Below, in pieces: positions 42,802-55,245 of a DNA stretch of 64,000 bases. How positions within the stretch are numbered: position 1 is the stretch's first letter; each line of letters starts with the position of its first letter. This DNA is from Octopus sinensis. Taxonomy: Eukaryota. The notes beneath the pieces were generated by a model, which was not told the DNA's origin, did not search any database, and worked only from the letters and a program-made list of their open reading frames with translations. The position numbers and the translations under genes were made by a program. The stretch lies in NCBI RefSeq assembly GCF_006345805.1, contig NC_043011.1, positions 51,286,464 to 51,350,463 of the forward strand, written 5' to 3'.

Positions 42802-42856
42802 AAGGAAAGAATAGAGTGAAAAGGAAGAGGGAGAATGATTTGACAGCTGTTTAATG

Positions 42857-42968
42857 ACCACTACATATGTTTCGATATAACATAGATCCACATATATACA
42901 GGACTTAAATTTAAATTAAGCAACAGTTTACCTGTATAATAGGACCTAGTTGTATCTCCTCAGGTGAT
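42857..42968 (-). ncRNA. Type I hammerhead ribozyme motif with large structured loop II (copy 1)
   Basis: Minus: ATCAC-CTGAGGA-GATA(C)AAC...GTT(A)TATC-GAAA-CATATG-TA|GTGGT. Stem I has one G.U pair, stem II opens with canonical G-C, stem III is palindromic, triplet GUA. Confidence 0.7.
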
Positions 42969-43100
42969 ATAAAATCACTGTCTCCTAGAATTGGTAGTAT
43001 ACCATAAATACTGCTGGGTATCTAAGGTTAACAAGCTCTGTTTTGTACTCTAATATGTTCTTAACGGAATACACCTCAACTATATATATATACTTTTTTC

Positions 43101-43178
<78 letters not shown>

Positions 43179-43872
43179 TACATACCCACACACACACAAA
43201 CATACACACAAACTTATATATTTTATCAGAAGCTTCATCTAATCATTACCTAGAGTTTCATATTGCTGATTATTCAATTGATCACATTAAGGATACACCA
43301 TGACAACAAATAATCAAATACAAAATGACATCGAAATATGATTGGTCACAATCAAATTACTATAACTTGAAAGATGGTCACATGTCAAAAAAAAAAAAAA
43401 ATCAGTTATTCCATTAGCCCTAAAACTTCATTTCCAATAATTACCTTCTTTGCTTTGGTATGTTTTAAAAAATAATATTGAAGACATGAAAATATCACAT
43501 GGTTATTTTTTGCATATGAATAGGCGACTGAGAGATGAATTTTGCTTCTTTATTTTTGCTTTTTGGCAATCTATCAAATCTTGATGACTAATCATATTTT
43601 CATGTGTTTATGAATTTTTTTTCTTATATATTGTCATGGTGCTTCTTCCCTTACTTCAGTTGTTTGAATATTTGGTGACATGAAACTCAGAATACACAGT
43701 TCAAGAGGCTTCGGTTTCTAAGAAGATATACTAACTCTAAGTTATGTATTGAGTAAATAAACATTTATCAAGCCAGACACACACACACCACATACGTATC
43801 AAGTCCTATGCACAAGACTCTTGACCTTTGAGTCTCTTTGCAACTTCTGCTGGTTATATACATATATCTTTA

Positions 43873-43923
<51 letters not shown>

Positions 43924-43975
43924 GAAAGAATAGAGTGAAAAGGAAGAGGGAGAATGATTTGACAGCTGTTTAATG

Positions 43976-44087
43976 ACCACTACATATGTTTCGATATAAC
44001 ATAGATCCACATATATACAGGACTTAAATTTAAATTAAGCAACAGTTTACCTGTATAATAGGACCTAGTTGTATCTCCTCAGGTGAT
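43976..44087 (-). ncRNA. Type I hammerhead ribozyme motif with large loop II (copy 2)
   Basis: Identical to 42857-42968, offset 1119 nt. Confidence 0.65.
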
Positions 44088-44219
44088 ATAAAATCACTGT
44101 CTCCTAGAATTGGTAGTATACCATAAATACTGCTGGGTATCTAAGGTTAACAAGCTCTGTTTTGTACTCTAATATGTTCTTAACGGAATACACCTCAACT
44201 ATATATATATACTTTTTTC

Positions 44220-44288
<69 letters not shown>

Positions 44289-44925
44289 TACATACCCACA
44301 CACACACAAACATACACACAAACTTATATATTTTATCAGAAGCTTCATCTAATCATTACCTAGAGTTTCATATTGCTGATTATTCAATTGATCACATTAA
44401 GGATACACCATGACAACAAATAATCAATACAAAATGACATCGAAATATGATTGGTCACAATCAAATTACTATAACTTGAAAGATGGTCACATGTCAAAAA
44501 AAAAAAAAAATCAGTTATTCCATTAGCCCTAAAACTTCATTCCAATAATTACCTTCTTTGCTTTGGTATGTTTTAAAAAATAATATTGAAGACATGAAAA
44601 TATCACATGGTTATTTTTTGCATATGAATAGCGACTGAGAGATGAATTTTGCTTCTTTATTTTTGCTTTTTGGTAATCTATCAAATCTTGATGACTAATC
44701 ATATTTTCATGTGTTTATGAATTTTTTTTCTTATATATTGTCATGGTGCTTCTTCCCTTACTTCAGTTGTTTGAATATTTGGTGACATGAAACTCAGAAT
44801 ACACAGTTCAAGAGGCTTCGGTTTCTAAGAAGATATACTAACTCTAAGTTATGTATTGAGTAAATAAACATTTATCAAGCCAGACACACACACACACACA
44901 CATGTACATACATACATAAATATAT

Positions 44926-44956
<31 letters not shown>

Positions 44957-44999
44957 AAGTGAGTGGACAAAGTGGCACTCAACACACCTACATATATCA

Positions 45000-45693
45000 T
45001 TTATTTAATAACTGTTTGATTTGATTCCATGCGGCGTAAAGTTTCAAAGGCTCGTCAAATGAACCTATCTTCAATCAAACAACACACACACATATATATT
45101 TATATACTGATTAGCTCACTCTTGTCCGCCTTTCTCTTCTTATCTGTCTTTCTTTCTCTTTATCTCTTTGTCTCTACTTTGCATATACTTCAAGCTTACA
45201 TGTTTACAGCTATCACAAACATTAAAAGCAACAAATACATCTATTTCTCTGCCACTATATTAGCAATGTGTAAAGAAACACACAAAAAAAAAATAAAAAG
45301 AAGAGAAAACAACATAAAAATGGTCTTCAGTCTCCCCTCTTAACGAACGTAACATGGTACATGTGTCAAACAACTTATCCAAATCTGCAGAACTTTGCTA
45401 CATACAAACTTTGGTCTGTGCCAGTATTGCCGAAGTGATGTCTTAATAAATTTAATACTATCATCAGGTGTAGTTATATCCTCCTACGTATGTCTTTTGT
45501 CTTTGTCAGTCATCTCATAATCACTCCACATCTAAAGAAGAGAGGGAGAGAGAGAGTGGAGAGGGTGATGGATGGGATGAATGGTATATACATTTATATA
45601 TATATATACATATATTATGTATATGTATGTGATATGTATATATATATAATATTATATATAATTACATATATTATTATAGTATGGGTGTATATG

Positions 45694-45745
<52 letters not shown>

Positions 45746-46827
45746 TATATTATTGTATATGTGTATGTATATGTATATATATATATATAAGGCAAATTTG
45801 CCTTATAAATTCTGGGTAAATTTCTGTTTTACCCTCACCCATACCTAGTATTGGATATAAATACGTAGGTATATATACCCAGTAGTATATTGGATATTTA
45901 TTATCCCTTAGATGGTTGCTTAACCTCTACCTCATACAAACATATATATATATATATTATATATGTATATGCATAGATTACACACACACACACATGGAGA
46001 TTATACATACACATTCTGTATATTATGTATATATCTCAATATGGTTGTACTGATGAATGATGCTGTATGTTCATAGTGGTGGTGGTGATGATGATAATGA
46101 TGATGATGACAGTAACTGCAGAGGGTGGGGTAGGGGAAGAAAGGAATGTGTTATGTTACACAAAAATAACACCACCGGCCCTTTTTTTTTTTTGTTTTAA
46201 TTTTCCTTCCTCCATGTCTCCAACATGGCAGTCCCAACATAACTCCCACCCCCTTACCACATCACGGATCACGACTTCTTTTCCAGTACCAACCCACCGC
46301 AATTATCCGAGGCCTCTCCGCCCTGTCCTGCCCTGCCCTGCCCGGGCACACTGAAGCTCCACCACCCATCACCTAGCTCTAAAAAAATCCAAAACCTTCA
46401 TCCTTGAAACCCTTCTACTGTTGAAAAAAAAACCCAATAAACCAATTTTGCCTTATTAAATAACTGTTTCTTCATGTTACCAATTGATGTTGATGGTGCT
46501 GCTGCTGCTGCTATTGTCCTCTTCTTTCCTTCTTTCTTTTTTTTCTTTCTTCCCCCCCCCTCTCCCCACCACTAAAAACAAAACATTTCATGAAGTCTTA
46601 CACTTGGTTAACATCCATTCATATTTTTACACAGAATAAACCACACAACACACACACATACAGACACATACACATATGCACATACAGACACATGCACATA
46701 TGCACATACAGCAGACACATGCACACAAATAATATAACATAATAATATCTCCATTTGTTTGCTTGTTGTTGCTGCTGCTGTCTTTTGTTTCTTTTTTTTC
46801 TTCTTTTTTTTTTGGTATTTTGGCTTA

Positions 46828-46875
<48 letters not shown>

Positions 46876-47880
46876 GTAGTTGTTATTATTTTTCATGTTT
46901 TTTTTTGTTTTTTTTTTTTTATCAGCGGGTGAAAATTCTGACCCTTCATTCATCAATGGCATGTTTATCCTTCTTTCTCCATTTCTTCATTGCAAACACC
47001 ACAAACGTCACAAACACCACCACCACCGCAGCAGCACCACCACCACCACCACCACTACCTCACTATCACCACCACAAACACATCATCACCATCCATCCAT
47101 CCATCATCATCATCATCATCAACATTGTAACCATCATCGTCATCATCATCATCATCATCAACTTCATCATTGTTATTACCATCGGCATCCGTCACCATTT
47201 CTCTAACTGCTGCTGCTCTTGACATCCATCCATTGTCGTGGTTTCATGGAGCCTTTGTTGTTGTTGTTGCTGTTGTTGTTGTTATTGTTGTCATTGTTGC
47301 TGTTGTTGTGTAGCTTCCATCCATGCTTCAGTACACCTAAATTGCAGATGATAGCTGTACGTCATGGTGATGGTATCACTGTGAAGAAGATGATGATGGT
47401 GATGATGATGATGTGATGATGATGATGATGATATGATGATGAAGGTAGTGGCAATGGTTGTTGTTATTGTTCTTGCTGTCGCTGTTGTTTAGTCCTAGGT
47501 TATTCCAGATTGAATCCATGCAGATACCACACAGACCTTTGATCAATGGCATGGTGATAATACATACTTGTGGCATTGACTGCAATTGTGACAGTGATGA
47601 AGTTAATGGTAGCAGTGGCAACAGTAATGGTGGTGGTGGTGGTGGTGGTGGTGGTGGTAGTGATGGCGGTCAGGTAGGCTTTTATTTATTTATTTATTTA
47701 TTTATTTATCATTACTGTTATTATTATTGTTGGTTGGTTGGTTGGTTGGTTGGTTGATTGGTTGGTTGGTGTTTAAGTTTTGCTGTTCTGGTTTCAAAAC
47801 AAGCGTTCGGTTTGTAAAAATAAAAAAAAAAAAAAAATTAAAATTGTTCCTCGCTAGTCTCACCACACTCTATTTCACCA
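45000..47880 (-). other. Probable 3' UTR / downstream region of the POU6 gene (end undefined)
   Basis: Directly follows the stop codon; SINE-free and rich in trinucleotide and homopolymer runs. A polyA site cannot be assigned from sequence. Confidence 0.4.
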
Positions 47881-48005
47881 TCAAGCATTTTCTTGTTTCA
47901 GTTTCTTGATGGTATTCTTCAACGCTTGTCTCTTGTTGCAGAACCACACACGAATCACTTCGCGGTCATAGTTCAAGTTTTCAGAAAGCTCTGTCATCTC
48001 AGCAC
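47881..48005 (-). CDS. POU6F2: Class VI POU gene, last coding exon (homeodomain helices 2-3, stop)
   Basis: Acceptor ...cttctacttcacag|GT (phase 1); encodes (G)AEMTELSENLNYDREVIRVWFCNKRQALKNTIKKLKQENA*; TGA at 47883-47881. WFCNKRQ is characteristic of class VI. Missed by the ORF track. Confidence 0.95.
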
Positions 48006-48199
48006 CTGTGAAGTAGAAGAGAAAAGAAATTTCAATTCATTTACTTAATTTTACGTGTTTCAGTCATTGCCTTCCAAGTTTATATTTTTGGTAATCATTC
48101 ATTGTTTTACATCCATTTTTCCATGCTAGCATGGGTTAGGCAAATATGTTATTGAGGCATTGTTTTACAGATGAACAGCTTTCTGATAATAACCCTTAA

Positions 48200-48421
48200 C
48201 CCTTTAGTGTTCAGATTACTCTGTTAAATGTAATACCTTTTCACTCAAATTGTTTTGAATTAGTCATGCATTATCTTATAGCTTTTGAGGTTTCAATGAT
48301 GTGATTGTTTATTTTTAGAATGTCAATGTAGGTTAGGAGTGAGAGGCTAGATATCGCCAGTTTGAATATAAAACATGTAGAATATATTGGGCCAGATTTG
48401 GCCGGTTTAAACACTAAAGGG
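48200..48421. mobile_element. piggyBac-type MITE, 222 bp
   Basis: 12-bp TIRs CCCTTTAGTGTT / AACACTAAAGGG flanked by TTAA on both sides. Confidence 0.85.
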
Positions 48422-49439
48422 TTAAATACTTTTCAAGTAAGGGGTCTCTTATTATTCCATATTGTTTCAAAGGCACAAAATGAATGGCTTAATTACTAAT
48501 AAATGCCAATATAACACTGCATGAACGTTGTGACTTTCAAGTAAGTATGCACCTGAGGTGAACAAAAGCATACACACACACACACACATGTATGTATGGA
48601 ACAGGCTTGGCTTCTTTTTTAGTTTCCATTAACCAAACGGTTCTGGTTTGCCTTGGGTGATAGCAGAAGACATTTGTTCAAGATGCTACAAAGTGGGCCT
48701 CAACATGAAACCATGTGGTTGGGAAGCATGTCTACTCTTTAAAGAGGAAGTACTCAATACAAACATAGAGTGCAGTGTTTTATTTAGGTCAGTCTTTTAT
48801 TTAGGCCTGTTACTGTGGTGTCTTTTCACACAGTCTGAATTGCCTGAAGAAGTAGCTGCATGCTGTGGAAACTCCTGTGTATCAAACCAGTGCACTGGTC
48901 AAAATAAATTACACACACATCATATATTTTGTAAACAATAGCATCATTGGCTGTAAGTTTCGAACTAACCACAACTACATTGCATTTCAGATGACGAGTC
49001 ACAGAGCATCTCATCACCTGTCATTATATATATATATATATATATTATATATATTGTTGTTGTTGTTGATATATATATATCAAAATAAGCAACAAGGATA
49101 TCCAGAGGTAATGCAGTACAATTGTTTCATGCAACTCCATTTAATTGAACAATGCAATCATTACATCAATTTAAAATGTAGAGCAATCTTCAGCTGCACA
49201 AAGACATAGAATTTAATTAAATTAGAACAGATGGACACATTAGTATAATCCACACACTTATTGTAACAGTCCTTCAGTTTTCCTAAGCCCTGTAAAAGAA
49301 CTCTGAAGGTTTGACCTCCAACCAGGCCTTTCACAATACTTTTAAAGCCAGGAAATTTGCTATGGAATGGCGAAACTAATTTTTCATTTTCTGAAAAAGC
49401 AAAATTTTGGACTTATGACACATTTGCATAATAGCAACA

Positions 49440-49470
<31 letters not shown>

Positions 49471-49471
<1 letters not shown>

Positions 49472-49725
49472 TGCTTTATTTAAAGCAGCAGAAAATTCAA
49501 CAAAACCTGTTACTCTGAGTTTCACGTTGCCGTTCATCGGACAGTTTTTGCTAGAATAGCAAAAACTGTCCGTAGCAAAAACTGTCCGATGAACGGCAAC
49601 GTGAAACTCAGAGTAACAGGTTTTGTTGAATTTTCTGCTGCTTTAAATAAAGCATATTACTCTACCACTGGTATTTGAGTACTCTTTTTTCCACCTTGTT
49701 TCACATTTATGTGTTTACTTACACG
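49471..49725. repeat. Perfect 83-bp inverted repeat (49471-49553 / 49573-49655) plus unique tail; each arm holds a hammerhead-like motif
   Basis: Arms are exact reverse complements; the 19-nt spacer contains a 16-nt duplicate of the arm start. Flanked on the left by (TA)n. Confidence 0.9.
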
Positions 49726-49781
49726 GTATATATATATCAACATCATCATCACTGTTTAATGACTACCTTCCATGGGCATGA

Positions 49782-49868
<87 letters not shown>

Positions 49869-50074
49869 TATATAATGCAATTACAAAACAAATTATTTAA
49901 AAGCCTGACCTAAGATTGAAAAAGTGAACAGATACTTTCTTAGGAGTTTAGGAGTCAAAACAATAGCTGCCATATTCTGTGGCCAGCTGCATTACTCGTT
50001 ACACAAACAAAACTGAACAAATCAATGTTTTGAATTAGTACCACTGTGCTTGAGACTGTTTGTGTGCAAGCATA

Positions 50075-51282
50075 CAAGGTGGTATCATCAAAAAGTTCCT
50101 GGACTAGTTCTGGAGTGTACCAATAGATGGCAGCACATGGTTGTGTGTGCAGGGAGAGCTAGCAGTGACCTTCATGAAGCAGTCTGCTGAGTGACACCAC
50201 TGTGTTTACTTTGCAAGTTGAGAAATTTGTGTTTTTGTGATCACGTGTATGCTGTGGTCTGTAATTTTTTTTCATGGACAGGAATAAAGGGCCAAAATGA
50301 AATTTTGCGTCAAACTTAGAAAGTCTGCTACAGAGATATGGAACATGCTTTGGCAAGCTTATGGTGACAAGGCAATGGGTCATATGCAATGTGTCAAGTG
50401 GCATGGGGGCTTCAAATGTGGAAGAATATCCCTGGAAGACAATGAGCTATCTGAAAGACCTGCCATGAGCATCACCTCTGGAAACATGGAGAAAATTCAT
50501 GAGTTTGTGCATGAGGATCATTGGAGGGCAATCAATAACATTGCTGCTTGCTGAGCACTGAGCAGAAAGAACATTGTCGCAAAGTCTGTCAAGATCCCTG
50601 GTAGTGTTCCACTGATGACCCATCCTTCGTGTTGAGGATCATCACCAGTGACGAGAGTTGGATCTGTGGGTACAACCCTGAAATGAAGCAGGTGTTGTCG
50701 CAATGGAAGAACCCTTCATCTCTATGACCAAACAAGGCATGACAGAACTGCAGCTCAAAAGCATGCTCATTGTTTTTTTACAACATCCACGGTGTTGTGC
50801 ATTGAGAATTCATTTCCCATGGCCTGACTGTGATGTTTTAAAGCATTTGAAAGAAGACATTTGGCGGAAGCGACCAGATCTGTGGAGTGCGAAGAATTGG
50901 ATTCTTCATGATGACAACGTGCCTTGTCACTGAGCTCTCGCCACTCATGACTTTCTTGCCAAAACCAACCCAGTATCACTTCTGCACCCACCCTATTCAC
51001 CAGATTTAGCACCTGCAGACTTCCATCTGTTCCCAAGATGAAAATGTAGCTCAAAGATTGCCATTTTAACACCATTGCCGAAATCTTGAGTGAATTGCAG
51101 GAGGTCCTTGACTCACTTATGGAAAATGACTTCTGGGCTGGATTCCAAAAGTGGCAGGAATGCTGGTACTGGTGTATTGCTGTGCAGGGTTACTATTGCA
51201 AAGGAGATGATGTTAAAACTTATGTAATTAAGTTATTTTTTATGAAACAGAACTAGTCTGGAGACTTTTTGATACCACCTCA
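50075..51282 (+). mobile_element. Full-length decayed mariner (DD34D-type) transposon, ~1.2 kb
   Basis: TIRs CAAGGTGGTATC..AAAAAGTTCCTGGACTAGTTC / GAACTAGTCTGGAGACTTTTTGATACCACCTCA with TA flanks. Broken ORF includes MKFCVKLRKSATEIWNML..., WILHDDNVPCH and HPPYSPDLAPADFHLFP. Confidence 0.9.
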
Positions 51283-51299
51283 TATCTTTTTATATATGA

Positions 51300-51660
51300 T
51301 CATCATCATCATCATCGTTTAGCGTCCGTTTTCCATGCTAGCATGGGTTGGACGGTTCTACTGGGGTCTGTGAAGCCAGAAGGCTTCATCAGGCCCAGTC
51401 AAATCTGGCAGTGTTTCTACGCTGGATGCCCTTCCTAACGCCAACCACTCCGAGAGTGTAGTGGTGCTTTTTACGTGCCACCGCGCAGGTGCCAGACAGA
51501 GCTGGCAAACGGCCACGAACGGATGTGCTTTTTATGTGCCACCGGCAGAGGGCCAGGCAAGGCTGGCAACGGACACGAAATGGGCAGTGCTGGCAACGGT
51601 CGTGAAACGGAAGGTTCTCTTATGCCACCGGCACTGGTAACACATCTGCAATTTCCATTG
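51300..51660 (-). mobile_element. Family-C SINE (further copies 52265-52470 plus, 28670-28830 minus)
   Basis: (CAT)n-CGTTTAGCGTCCGTTTTCCATGCTAGCATGGGTTGGACGG... shared with the other copies. Confidence 0.75.
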
Positions 51661-52224
51661 ATCGATTTCGATTCTTTTATAATATATAATAGGCATAGGA
51701 GTAGCTGTATGGTAAGTAGCTGCATGGCACCTTGGGCAAAGTGTCTTCTACCATAGCCTCGGGCCGACCAAAGCCTTGTGAGTGGGTTTGGTAGACGGAA
51801 ACTGAAAGAAACCCGTCGCATGTTTGTGTTTCTGTGTTTGTCCCTCCAACATCACTTGACAACCGATGCTGGTTTGTTTACATCCCTGTAAGCCTAGTAC
51901 TTATTCTATCGGCAAAAGGGACCGATAGAATAAGTACTAGGCTTACAAGAATAAGTCCTGGGGTTGCTTTGCTCAACTAAAGGCGGTGCTCCAACATAGC
52001 CACAGTCAAAATGGCTAAAACAAGTAAAAGAGTAAAAGATATATTGTATATTGATATATACACACACCATGCTGCACATAAAGTGCAAAACTCAGAGTAA
52101 TGACAGAGCTAAATCTTCAGTTTCTGATGAAAAATCTCTATTACACGTATTGAGTGCTTTTTCTCCAAAATCACTATGTTTATATGTATATGTATGTGTG
52201 CTTGTGAGTGTATACATATATGCA

Positions 52225-52270
<46 letters not shown>

Positions 52271-52494
52271 CTGGCACCTGTGCAGGTGGCACGTAAAAAG
52301 CACCCACTACACTCACGGAGTGGTTGGCGTTAGGAAGGGCATCCAGCTGTAGAAACATTGCCAAATTAGACTGGAGCCTGGTGCAGCCTTCTGGCTTCCC
52401 AGAACCCCGGTCGAACCGTCCAACCCATGCTAACATGGAGAACGGACGTTAAACGACGATGATGATGATATATATATATAAATATTGATAATTT

Positions 52495-52720
52495 TGTATA
52501 TTGAGTGTAATACCTCAATTTCGTAAATTATGGATTTTACAGGTAAGATAGAACCGCTGTTTTGGGATTCATCTTTGAAAGATATTCCTATTCCTTCTAG
52601 AAAGGAATTTGATTAAGTCTTTCCTTGTTTGTTTTGCAAAATAGTGGTTTTGTCTCTAATAATATTTTATAATATTTTACTATAAAATTGGATTTAATCC
52701 TAAGTCTGATTTTTTCCCTG
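52495..52720 (-). mobile_element. Possible Penelope-like RT-region fragment
   Basis: Minus frame reads QRFYLTCKIHNLRN*, resembling the RFYxLPKIHK motif upstream of PLE RT cores; short and decayed. Confidence 0.35.
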
Positions 52721-52746
52721 TAAATTTGGATTTATTCCCTAATATT

Positions 52747-52809
<63 letters not shown>

Positions 52810-54586
52810 TATATATATATATATACTTATTTACACACACACACATATATAACTATTTATATACATACACATACACACATGCAACATATATATGTACAAA
52901 CATACACACAAATACACTTGTATATATTTATACATGTTTAAAGCTATATGTATATGTATGCATGCAAGCATGCACACATAAATATATGTGGATGCACACA
53001 CACACAAACACACACCACACACACACACACACACGCACACACACACTGTTGTCCTGGTACAACTGTACAATTTAACTGCCCTTTGATGCTGCAGAAAAAT
53101 GTTTATCAGCAGTCGTTTATCACCTCGGCTTTCTGCCTCATCTTGTTTGGCAGAGGTTTTATGACAGGAAATCAACAACAACAACAATTACAACACCACT
53201 AACAATAACAACAACAACAACAACAACAACACCAGAGCAGCAGCAGCAGCAGCAGCAACAAAAGCAGAAAGGGGTACTTAAATTGTTTATTAATGTTTCA
53301 ACAGCTAACGAAAAAAAAAAAAGAAAAAGAAAAAGAAATAGGAAGAAAATTAGAAATAAATTTAAATAAAGAAAAGAAAAGTGGTTGTGGTATGAAAATA
53401 GATTTCAAGAGCTATAGAGAATGTCTTTCAAGAATATTGTAGAAAATATTTAATGTTAGATTTTTGTTAGTGATGGTGGATGGAGTTAGTGATGTGGAGG
53501 AGAGATAGATAGATAGATAGACAGATAGATAGATAGATAGATAGATAGAGAGAGATAGAGAGACAGAGAGAGAGTTCAAACTCTACAACTAGACAGACAT
53601 TTCTTTATTTTCACAACAGAGAAAAAAAAATAAAAAAGAGAAGGAAAAAGCCATCTCGCGGAATCGTTTTATGGCATATCAGAAAATGTAGTGCTTCTTT
53701 CATCTTTATTCTTTAATGAACCTTACGTGTAAAAATGAATCACCAGTGTCATCATCATAATTGTCATCCTCCTCCTTTTTTTACTCTCTTCTTCCTCCTC
53801 TTCATCATTGTCATATTTATCATCTTCACCCTCCCCTCCACCAAGCCATACCACACCACCACCACCACTCCCACCTTCAGCATTATTATCATCATTATCA
53901 TTTTCCTCTCACCTCCATCATTATTATTATTATCAAGTCCATGATTAATGTGTTTACTTCAGAGTTTCCTGTAGGTTTGGACAGGTTTGTAAACATCATC
54001 AGGCCACCCAATTCAATAACGTATTGCCTACTGTCATTCGGTTATGTTTTCCATAAAACCTAAATCTCTTAAATCTAACTAACCAGAACAACACAGACTT
54101 TGAATCATCTTTGAGGGTTGAACTCTGTCCTGGCAACAATCAAAGACACTATTTTTAAATCACCCTCTAACTACTTTATTCTAAGTTTTCCTTGACCTTT
54201 TTTTTTTTTCCTGCCCCAGCAACAACAACAAGCTATTTTACATTTTACTACTACGTGCTTTGTTGTTAAGTCCACCCCTACCACAATCTCAGTTATTTTC
54301 AACAAATTAATTACTTCCAGATATAACCACATCTTCCCCAACTAACGACAACCTTAAACAGCTCACACAACCAAATCAGAAATGAAACCCAGAATGAAGA
54401 AGCCAAACTAAGAATATACACCAAAGAAATGCGGAGAATGAGCAAACGTTTGCATCTAATGTTAACCAGAAAACAACCAGTAAAACAGCCAACAAAGTAA
54501 TTAGTAGTAAACCCTAATTGTCACAGTCCCTGCCACAAACATCCCAAAACAAACAGAAAACAAAAAATGAAATAACATATTCATAA

Positions 54587-55245
54587 TTCTATATTTAAGA
54601 GATGAGGAATTTTGTACATTACTCTTTTACTCGTTTCAGTCATTTGACTGCAGCCATGCTGGAGCACCGCCTTTAGTCGAGCAAATCGACCCCGGGACTT
54701 ATTTTTTGTAAGCCCAGTACTTATTCTATCGGTCTCTTTTGCTGAACCGCTAAGTGATGGGGACATAAACATACCAGTATCGGTTGTCAAGCAATGCTAG
54801 GGAGACAAACACAGACACACAAACTCACACACATACACATACATATATACGATGGGCTTCTTTCAGTTTCCATCTACCAAATCCACTCACAAAGCTTTGG
54901 TCGGCCTAAGGCTATAGTAGAAAACACTTGCCCAAGGTGCCACGCAGTGGGACTGAACCCGGAATCATGTGGTTGGTAAACAAGCTACTTACCACACAGC
55001 CACTCCTGCGCCTATTTACATTCGACGGATATTTATCCTCATCTTGTTTGTTGTTAACACAACGTTTCGGCTGATATACCCTCCAGCCTTCTTCAGGTGT
55101 CTTGGGGAAATTTCGACCCTGAGTTCTCATTCCTAAGGTATTTTTCGATGTTATTATTATTATTGTTGTTATTGTTCAGGTCACTGCTTGGAATTGAACT
55201 CGGAATCTTGGGATTAGTAGCCCATGCTCTTAACCACTACGCCGG
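54587..55245 (-). mobile_element. Penelope-like terminal-repeat (pLTR) fragment with tRNA-like head and HHR, split by a family-A SINE (54620-55013)
   Basis: Matches 63316-63630 block for block; the end piece TCTATATTTAAGAGATG resumes on the far side of the SINE. Confidence 0.75.
55056..55101 (-). ncRNA. Minimal type I hammerhead motif (PLE type)
   Basis: Minus: GACAC-CTGAAGA-A-GGCTG(GAGGGTATAT)CAGCC-GAAA-CGTT|GTGTT. Palindromic AACGTT replaces helix III; GUU triplet; extra A after A9. Confidence 0.7.

Larger units (their letters stand above)
42682..44895. repeat. Near-identical tandem duplication, unit ~1.11 kb (42682-43790, 43791-~44895)
   Basis: Both copies start CATACGTATCAAGTCC and end TTTATCAAGCCAGACAC, with junctions in (CA)n. 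Differences seen are microsatellite lengths, three 1-bp indels and one substitution. Confidence 0.9.

Noticed and set aside
45425-45475. Minus-strand CTGATGA followed by a hairpin
   Set aside because: No GAAA or cleavage site follows.
457-47757. Dozens of ORFs rich in YI/HT/MYVC/poly-I/L/V
   Set aside because: They are translations of (TA)n, (CATA)n, (CA)n, (ATT)n and similar microsatellites, with no domain content or splice support.
53660-54060. TTTATGG/CCATAAA homeobox-type sites as enhancers
   Set aside because: Expected by chance in AT-rich DNA; cannot be supported without conservation data.
55177-55245. tRNA genes (also 18960-19027, ~55910-55980, 63557-63630)
   Set aside because: A and B boxes are present, but acceptor and anticodon stems are imperfect and each continues into repeat bodies; these are SINE or pLTR heads.
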